DNA from: the human T2T-CHM13v2.0 reference genome, Homo sapiens
DNA length: 64,000 nucleotides
NCBI RefSeq assembly: GCF_009914755.1
Contig: NC_060929.1
Strand: one strand, 5' to 3'
Made by a program: the position numbers and the translations under genes. The notes below the pieces were generated by a model. That model saw nothing but the letters and a program-made list of their open reading frames with translations, had not been told where the DNA came from and did not search any database. Positions 49,621 to 64,000 of the stretch are shown one piece after another. Each line of letters begins with the position of its first letter. Position 1 is the stretch's first letter.

Positions 49621-51359
49621 TTTACACTTAAGCAAGTCAACCATTTGATTTTAAGCATTAAATGTATGATCTTAATTTTCCTATCATCTTTTACCCCAGG
49701 ATCTAAATCTGGACTGTGAGTCCATGTGTGTAGACGGTGATAATATTTGGTGTGACTTGAAATTCAGCTCCTTGAGTCTCAGATTCCTGCAAACTGAGGG
49801 AAATAAGAAATGTTTGCCAATAACACACAAGCTTTATGGACTTTTTTTTCCAAATTCTGTTCTCTCTCTCTCTTTTCCCTCTCTTGCAGTCTCTCAGATC
49901 ATAGTCAGATTTTTCTAAATTCAGACAGTATCTTCTGGGCTGTGAAGAAAAACTAGGAGACTCTGAGGAAGGTTGCTGACCTCTGCCTATCATTCCTTAA
50001 GGTTCTCAGGGTTCTTGTTTAAACACAAGTCTTGTTAAGCACTTTCTAAAACCAGACAGCTCTATAAGTTTGGAGAGAGAGAAAAGGAAAAGCTAGGAAC
50101 AAAATCATCTGTCAGGCTGATGATCACAGTGCAGAATGAATATAGGGCCAGTTATGGGGAAGGGGAATGGCACAGGCAGAATTATAAGTAAACAGGTTTT
50201 CTCCCTTTCTGGGCTGCAGGATCTCATGCCAACGTCCTGGCCTTGGCTGCCCTCCAGTCTTGTTTGACCTTGGAGCTGTACCTGCAAGGCGAGGGAGGAG
50301 CCACATCTTTCCCTAAGCAATGCCTGGCACTTTGCCGGAAGGCCTGGCGCCCCATTGGCATCAGGTGGCTGTGATGCACTTCTTCGTGTGCTCCAGCCCC
50401 AGTCATGGCTGGGCTGGCCCCAGAAAGAGGCCTGTGGAAGCTCCAGGCCCTGAGGGAATTTCCTTGAGGGAAACCACTGGAGGTGGATATGGGGGTGGGA
50501 GAGCTTTCTCTTTTTCTGGAATAGCTCTGGTGAGGGGTGTAACTGCTCCACCACCCTACCACCTAACTACAGGCTCAAATATCTGGCTCACCCCACTCTC
50601 AAAAAGGCTAGCACATCTCCCAGGCTGACACAATAGGCAGATTCACCTGTACCAAAATCTCTCTCCACCAGGCCTGTCTTCCGGTCTAAAATTTGCACTA
50701 CCATACGCTTTCCAGTAGGTCCAAAAAACCCCTGTGAAAATGAACAAGTGCCAACTGAGGGTATAAGATTCCAGCTCTGGCTTAACAGACCTATAAGACT
50801 GTCCAGTTTGCTGGATGCCACCTAGAAGAAATCAGGGCTTCGAGAGATAGAGCCAGACTCTGCAGAGCTAAGTCTAATAGCAGAGGTGAGTTAGGAAACC
50901 CCAAAGCACTAGTGCTCCATAGGCTTTGGGTGGGAAAAGCAAGGCAGAGACAGGCAGGGCACACAACCCTAGGCAGCAGGTCCTGGGGCTTTGACTGAAC
51001 TGGGGTTTGTGTCCCATTTAAGGAGGCAGTCACTGACCACTCTCAGCCCATTCCTGTTGCATGGAATTGTGGGCCCCACTTGCCAGATTTTTGTTTTGTT
51101 TTGTTTTGTTTTTTAAGAGAAGGTGGAAACCAATTTCTTTCTTTTTTTTTTTTTTTTAGATGTTGGCAACTAATTTATTTTGAAACACTGTAGGCCTGAA
51201 CAGTACAAGCTAAATGAAGTACCTGTGGGCCCCATTTGGCTTCTAGGGAATAGTAAAGGAGGATTCTGCCCAAGGCCATATCTGCTTTCAGGAGCAGCTG
51301 AACTACCACTCTTTCCAGCTCTAATGCATAACAAAACTATTTAACCAGCATGAGGCTCT

Positions 51360-51672
51360 TCTTCTTCTTTTTTTTTTTTTTTTTTTGAGATGGTATCTCA
51401 CTCTGTTGCCCGGGCTGGAGTGCAGTAGCGTGATCTTGGCTCACTGCAACCTCCACTTCCCAGGGTTGAAGCAATTCTCCCTGTCTCAGCCTCCTGAGTA
51501 GCTGGGATTACAGGCACCTGCCACCATGCCTGGCTAATTTTTGTATTTTTAGTAGAGATGGGGTTTCACCATGTTGGCCAGGCTGGTCTCGAACTCCTGA
51601 CCTCAGGTGATCCTCCTGCCTCAGCCTCCCAAAGTGCTGGGATAACAGGCGTGAGTCACTGCACCACCCGGC
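51360..51672 (-). mobile_element. AluS
   Basis: antisense dimer. Confidence 0.92.
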
Positions 51673-53107
51673 AGCCATCATCTTTGCATCTTATGCCTTA
51701 GTTTCTTCCCCATAAAATTAGCAGGATAGACCTAAGCCTCTGGGCTGAGGATCTCTAACAGCTTTCTACTTAGAGCACTGCCCTTGGCAGAACTCAGGAA
51801 TGCCCTCTGGCAAAAGTGTGAACTGGGTGATATTAAAATTCTTTGATCTCCATTCCACGTCTGGTGACCTGATGCCCTCCAGGTGAACTGTAGATGCCCC
51901 CAAGACACTTAATTGAGTAAAAAGTTTGGTGATTTTACTAAGCGACAGCAAGGTATGTGTATAATATACATGAAAAGGTGCAGAATATTATATACAAATG
52001 AATGTCATTTGTACAAAAAACTACATAATGAATTCATACACTTTTTTTTCCCTCACCTTAAAGGTTCAGGATGTACTAGCCCACTGATTGGAGGGATCAC
52101 ATCCAGGACTCTCATACTGAATGCCAGTAAGTGTTTAGTGTTTGGAGCTATCTGCTCATCCTGACTTGGAAGCAAGTTTATTTATTCAGCATAAAAGGAA
52201 GTATTTGAACTCACTCACAGAGTGATTCTCTACAATATTTAAAAGCAGCAAGACTGGACAGACAACTTTTAGAACAACAAGACATATTTCTCTGTTGTGA
52301 ATACCACCTTGATATCTTAACTAGAGAATTATAGCTATACCGGAGCTCAACAGTAAAAAGAACATAAATTTTTTTTGTTAAGATAGGTAATATTTTATAT
52401 TATAAAAATGAGCCTTTTTTCTTCTCAAATTCCCTTCTATTACCTTCTTCATTCAGCTATTTCATTTTGAATCACTTTTTTTTGTGAAACTAAACATGTA
52501 AACAGTGTTTTTATGAATATTCACCACAATATTGCCTAGGTGAATAGAATAACTTTCTCCATCCCACTCCTATTATTTTGCCTAGGTTATGTAGACCCAG
52601 CTGGCCTTTTGGATTCACAGATTTGCATATAAATTAGAGCAAGAGTAAAATAGAACCATAAGCTGCTATAGGGCACATCCCGTGGTTAATCTTTCTCTCT
52701 AATCCTACTCAACACTTAGCATATTATCCCACACAAAGGAGATATCCAATAAATTGTTCAATATGTAGAAAAACTGAACAACAGAAAAAGTCCAGCGACT
52801 GCTTAAATACAGGACGCATGAGAATTAGAGTCAAACAGTAGGAAGGCTAAAAGGCTGCCTGCACAGTGAACCCCCAGCCACTCCAGAATTGGCTCTGGGC
52901 AGAGGGTACAGCAAGTCCTTCCATGCTTCACTCAAGTTTCATTTGTTGTATTGGAGCTGCTTTTCGCACATGCTCATTTCAAACCACAATTTCACCATTG
53001 TTGCCAACTCGTCTCTTCTCCATAAGTAAGCATTTAGCTCTCCCGCTTCCATGCGAAAAAGCTGAATGATCCTCTCCAACCCCCTCGTGGCTGCTTCTCT
53101 TCTCTCA

Positions 53108-53479
<372 letters not shown>

Positions 53480-54968
53480 CTAAATAGTGAAATGACATGG
53501 CACAGTGAATTCTGTCAAAGCTCGCTTCTTCTCAGCGAGTGAGTAGAAGCCAGCATTCAGCTGTGCCCCGCGATGATGTTTTGTTGACCATAGACTCAGC
53601 TCAACTACACTATGACCCTTGAGATATTTCTTTTTCTATTCTTAGGCATAACCTGTCATTCTTCTCCCTTTATTTATGCAGCTTGTGTTTTTCCTGACCA
53701 CTCTCTTTCTCCCGGGTCCCTAGACAGTGGAGCTACCAGAACATGTTGACATAACTTTTGCCCCCTGTCAGAGTTCCTGGCGCTGGAGCCACTGCGGTAT
53801 GACCTGCTGTTGCCACAGGGTTTTTCTCTAGCTGGAATCATTCTCACCATGGGAGCCTGTCCACAATGGGTGGCACCTAGGAAAGTTAAATTCATGTTGC
53901 ATTTTGTTTCATGAGACTCTTTCTTGAAGTTGAACTTTCTGGCTCTCTGGAATGAACATGCTTGCACTGAAAGCCTGTGAGAGACTTTCCAAGAGGTTAC
54001 ACAGTGTTTTTCCTTCTCAGAGACATCAGAGTTGATTCTCTTTCCAGATTCCATGCTAATATTTTATATCATTCTGCTATGCTGCTGCTCTGTTATTTTC
54101 TGGGTGGAGATACTGCAATGTAGGTGATCATTAATACATATATAGGTCAGGTACCAAGAATTAGCTCTCTGTTACAACCAGATGCTGTTTGGTCATTAGC
54201 CAAATATGGGAAATTATTGAACTTCTCCTTTCCAACAGGCCTTGCTGGTATCAAAGAGCCTGAGAGAGGCAAGAAATAAATTTCAGTTTGAGGCAAGTGA
54301 TAGAAGACAAACCAATAAGTTAATTTTGGAGAGAACTGAGATTAGAGTTAACTATTCATTGATTTGAAAAATATTCACTGGGTGCCTACTATATGCAAGG
54401 CACTGGGTATAGAGCCATGAATAAAACTGAAGAGCTGTAAAATCAGAACAACAGATGACTTATGAAGCATTCCAAGTCATGGAGACCTGAGAACTCTTTG
54501 GGGAAGAAATGAAAATTACCTGGAAGTAGTCATTTTATATACCAGCTCAAGCTTGCGTCTTTCCTTTTCCTCTTTCTTTCTTACTTTCAAAAAATGTTCC
54601 TAAAATAGGACTCTTTCATCTGAGGTATCAATGAAGCCTGTTAGAGGCATCACAGGAGAAGAATCAGTTCCTCCCAGTATGAGATTATAGGGAGGAAGAA
54701 AGGAGGAATGTGACCTCTTCCCTTTGTGGTCCTTGGCCACTAGATCCTAGGGATTTTTAAAGGGACTAAGCAACTAAAGCAAGAGAAGTAAACACAAGTG
54801 GAATTCCAAAATCTAATTACAAAAATATATACAAAACAAAACCTTTAATTGCTTTGTCTCAAGATCTGTAACAAGGAATAAGAAGACAGCAAAAACAAAG
54901 AAAACCGTTGTTCCTATTGTGGGTTATTTTGCTCAAGGGAGGAAGTGGGTTTCAAGGTACCATGCATT

Positions 54969-55505
54969 GGCTGCGCGCGGTGGCTCACGCCTGTAACCCT
55001 AGAATTTTGGGAGGCCGAGGTAGGTGGATAACCTGAGGTCACGTTATCCCCATCTCTGCCGAAAATACAAAAAATTAGCCAGGCATGGTGGTGTGCACCT
55101 GTAGTCTCAGCTACTTGGGAGCCGAGATCATGCCTTTGCACCCCAGCCTGGGCCACAGAGCAAGACTCAGTCTCAAAAAAAAAAAAAGGCCGGGCTTGGT
55201 GGCTCACGCCTGTAATCCCAGCACTTTGGGAGGCCAAGGTAGGCAGATCACCTGAGGTCAGGAGTTCGAGACCAGCCTGGCCAATATGGTGAAACCCTGT
55301 CTCCACTAAAAGTACAAAATTTAGCTGGGCATGGTGGCACGTGGCCATAGGGATTTTGCTATGTTGGCCAGGCTGGTCTCGCTTTAACCTGGGAGGCAGA
55401 GGTTGCAGTGAGCCAAGATCGGGCCACTGCTCTCCAGCCTGGGTGACAGAGCGAGACTCTGTCTCCAAAAATAAAGAAAGAAAGAAATAGAAAAATAAAT
55501 AAATG
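54969..55505 (+). mobile_element. Tandem pair of rearranged Alus
   Basis: two deletions in the first copy, a 33-nt inverted Alu patch in the second; catgcatt on both flanks. Confidence 0.9.
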
Positions 55506-55800
55506 GAGCATGCATTGAAAAGGGTTATGCAATCACTGAACCATTTTGGAAGAGTTCTTGAAAAATCATACACATTATCTCTCACTCCACCACCACTACC
55601 CTATATGCAATTTTTTGGTAGCATAAAACACTTTTGTTCCTCAGAAATCTTCTAGATTTCATAACACTAACTTTGTAGCGTTAATGCCAGGCTGTCACTA
55701 TACATAGCTGAATTCAATTGTAAACTTGTATTTATTTAGGGAATAAATCACTGTACATAGCCAAGCATGCCAGTATATCTCATTTAAAAATCCAAAACCT

Positions 55801-56122
<322 letters not shown>

Positions 56123-57431
56123 TTACTCTAAAACTGACCAAGACCTTGAAACAGAGTGGATAGTCAGTGTTAGTTGAATTCTATTGAAAATTATATTACC
56201 ACAGAGAAGCACTAACTTAAGCAGCAGAATAAGAAAAATTTCTAATAATGCTGAAAACAGAATAAAGAATATAAAAGCCATGTTAACATTTAAAAGCATT
56301 ATTTGTAATTTGTTTACAAATAAGTTAGTGTAAAAATTAGAAAGAAAATCAAAGGGAGCGTGGGTTTTCTGGGCCCATGGGAATGCTAAATGCCAGCTAA
56401 ATCTTTGGTGATCCTGAAAAGGAATTGCATATGAATTGGGACCAGATTTTCAAAATATCGATCAAAGATTTTATTGCTTATTGAAAGGGAACTGTCACCT
56501 GGCATATGAATCCTTTCTACAGCATTTCCAGCATAATGCTTTTTTTGTCTGTTTTTAAAGCACACCTCATAGTTTCAATGAAGCATTGTTCTAGGCCTCA
56601 AGTTTATACTAATTAACTGGTTTCCTGAGAAGATATAAACTCCAGACATTCAGAAGAGCTTAATATACCACATTTTAAAGGACACTTCAAGTTAGCATTA
56701 CAGTTTGCAAAAGATAAATGACTAAATCTGTTCTATTTTGTTTAATTTTACCTCCCAGAATGTCTTCAGTTCTTTCAAGAAATTGTAGAATTCACTCTCA
56801 AAGTGAAAACAGTTTAAATTTGTTTTAAGATAACTTAAAGCAACACTGCTACACAACATGTAGAACTTTGAGTGAGAAGAAGGGCTGAGGCTTATGTGAA
56901 ATCTAACAATAAACATGAAGAGTTTAAAATGACAGAACATGAAGCAGGGTTTCTCTGGTGACTGTGGTGCCTCCCCTCCCCTAAAGGGCCTTGTGGCTGA
57001 TCAGCGGGAGGTTCCTGTCTTACATCTCAACACCACCACCCTTGTGCTGTGTATGTGGTCTTTGTTCGTATTAAATTCTCACAAAAATATCTAACATGTG
57101 ACCTGATAAAATAAAAACTCCAACACTCCAACATGCTTCGAATACAGACATCTTAGGAAAATGAAAAGCTTTCTCAAACCAATTGTTTTTACTGAACCTG
57201 GCTTAGAAACTACACAGATCAAATGATAATCTCTGTATGCAGTAGGCAGATACTTTTTGTTGATGTCGCCACTTGTCAAGACCCAAACAGATCTATTTAG
57301 TGTCAAATCTTTGTCGAGCACCTACTGAATGCTGGATAAAGTTCAAATTCCAACTCCCTGAAACCTCTCAATTTTTAGACTCTCAAAGTCTCTAGGAAGA
57401 AAATACTAGTTTAGAATTCTACTCATGGAAG

Positions 57432-58492
<1,061 letters not shown>

Positions 58493-58689
58493 AGAAAATC
58501 AGCAGGCTTTCAACAGCTATAACTTCCTGCACTGCTGTTTTGGACCCTTTGAGGTTACTTGTTTTGTCTACTATTGTGGGAAATAAAAGCAAAATCTGGG
58601 AACCCCAGATGCTGACTTTTTTTTTTTAATCAAGGAAACAATAGAAACATAAATAGCAACTAAGGTAGTATTTGCTAAAGACTCAAAGT

Positions 58690-59387
58690 CTTATAGTAGG
58701 TAGTTAGTCAGACATGAGCAGGCAGGAGAGGGCCCCCCAACCCACACCAAGAATGTCAGGTGATCATCAGGTGATGCTCAGGCAGTTGTTACACTGTCTC
58801 TCTAAAATAATAATCGGTTGCAGCCAAGGGAGTCTCCCAAGAGATAGAAAAACCCTGAAGCTGGTGATCAGCAGCATCCCAATAAGATCTCAGGAGTTGG
58901 GTGAGTGGGCTCAAGCATGTGCACTCTGAGGCAAAATGGCAGTTAATTGGTATACGACCTTCTTTTAGGAACACTCAATTGGTAAGGGAAAAACGCCTCA
59001 AGTGAGCCTGTGCACAATTGCAGTAAACACACCGTGCCTGCAGCCCCTCCCAAATGTTGACAGGCCACTGTGCATGTGGACAGCCAACCCCAAGGGAAGA
59101 ATCATGGGAGAAGGGATGCGACCCCCTGAAAGCATGTCAATGTATAAAATCCCAAGTCAAAGGTCAAATCATGCACTTGAATCTCTCAAGTTGTCTGCTT
59201 GCCCTTCTTCCAAGTGTACTTTACATATTTCCTTTCCTACTCTAAAACTTTTTAATAAACTTTCACTCCTGCTCTAAAACTTGCCTCGATCTCTCCCTCT
59301 GCCTTATGCCCCTCAGTCGAATTCTTTCCTCTGAGGAGGCAAGAATTGAGGTTGCTGCAATCCCATTCAAATTTGCCACTGCTAACA
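58690..59387 (+). mobile_element. MER50 ERV1 solo LTR
   Basis: gtaggtagttagtcagacatgagcaggcaggagagggccccc...aataaactttcactcctgctc...gccactgctaaca. Confidence 0.8.
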
Positions 59388-59404
59388 AAAGGAGAGTACT
59401 AATT

Positions 59405-60440
<1,036 letters not shown>

Positions 60441-61059
60441 ATAACACTGTATGGTATTTGATAGAGGAATTCAGAGGAGGAAGCAAGCAAACTAAATTGC
60501 AAGAAGGAAAGAAACAGCACAGAAATCACCCTTGCAGCAGTCCAGGTGTAAGATGGTGTGAGAGCTTGAATCAGAGTAGTGGTGGGTGATGATGGGCGCC
60601 AAGAAGAAAGAAGAGACATCAGCAAAGGAGAGTGATAGGAACAAAAAAATCACCAAGGCTGAGGGACTGACTGGATGCTAAGGAATGATTCCAAAGGAAT
60701 GCAAAATGATTGAGGTTTTGAAACTAAGTGACTGAAAATGTGTATATTAACAGGGTATGGAAATCAGAGGAAAGACGTGTTTTAGTAGATGAAGAGCAAG
60801 ATGGAATTGAACAATTCTGGTTTCGTCTGTGGAGTTTGGGGTGGCAGTTTTATTTATGGTCTGACAAAATGCAGTCTTTGGTGATGTCTGCCTCCCTTGC
60901 CGTGATATTGTTTGGTTCACTATTGGCTTTTGCACTTGGCCAGGGGCTGACCAGATCCAGATGTGAAGTTAACTCTTAACAAACAGTAACTGAGCATTAG
61001 GAGCTGGGTAGCAAAACAAAACAAAACAAACAGAAAAACTTGATTCTATTTTTATATTT

Positions 61060-63606
<2,547 letters not shown>

Positions 63607-64000
63607 TCATTTCTGATTCTTTTTAATTTTTTTGTAAATTTGAAGTTGAACTGTAACAGTTTTCTTTTTAGACATAGGAATCTCCTTTGCAGTAAAGCGT
63701 ACTTTCTATTTCTTTTCAGTATCTCTCTTTTTCTGGAAATGGGAGCAAGTTAGAAAATTTTAATAGCCCAAGTGCTCCCAGTACTTTGAAAAAGGCTTGA
63801 ATAATTTCTTTCCTATGATTTCCTCATTCCTCATTTCTGGCGACAGTCACTATTTTGGGTATGCATGTAAAATTGATCAATAATGTGATATTATTGGAAA
63901 ATAACCAAGTCATCTCAAAGGCAAATATAATATTAAAGTGTGCTAAGATTTTTCCTGAGACATACTTTTTTTCCCTTTCGATGCTCTTGATATAATCTGT

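Noticed and set aside
54914-55585. 223-aa ORF, the longest in the track
   Set aside because: Antisense Alu translation ([18 protein letters not shown]); the same applies to most other ORFs

Overview
Hominid (very likely human) non-coding, repeat-dense DNA. It holds about 55 Alu copies or fragments, a 5'-truncated SVA at the left edge, and a 5.8-kb HERV-H provirus with both LTR7s, a tRNA-His PBS, a PPT and a CCCAT TSD, nested in an Alu inside a MER21-like LTR. It also holds a near-intact SNRPC (U1-C) processed pseudogene with 16-bp TSDs, several solo LTRs (MER41B, MST, MLT1/2, MER50, MER21, MER4-group) and old L1/L2/MIR/hAT fragments. I found no host protein-coding exon; nearly all ORFs in the track are Alu- or chance-derived. 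Top unexplained signals: (1) a ~190-bp non-Alu inverted repeat (29837-30024 / 31462-31658) whose left arm matches an exon-shaped unit and whose loop holds a 119-bp tandem duplication; (2) a strong strand-specific A-to-G (ADAR-like) pattern in the SVA; (3) an SNRPC retrocopy apparently made from a distal-polyadenylated mRNA; (4) template-switch scars in an Alu pair at 55 kb. From memory only and unverified, this may be the SNRPCP2 region between SV2C and IQGAP2 on 5q13.3. Repeat subfamily names and consensus comparisons are from recall, counts are by hand, and old-repeat boundaries are approximate.
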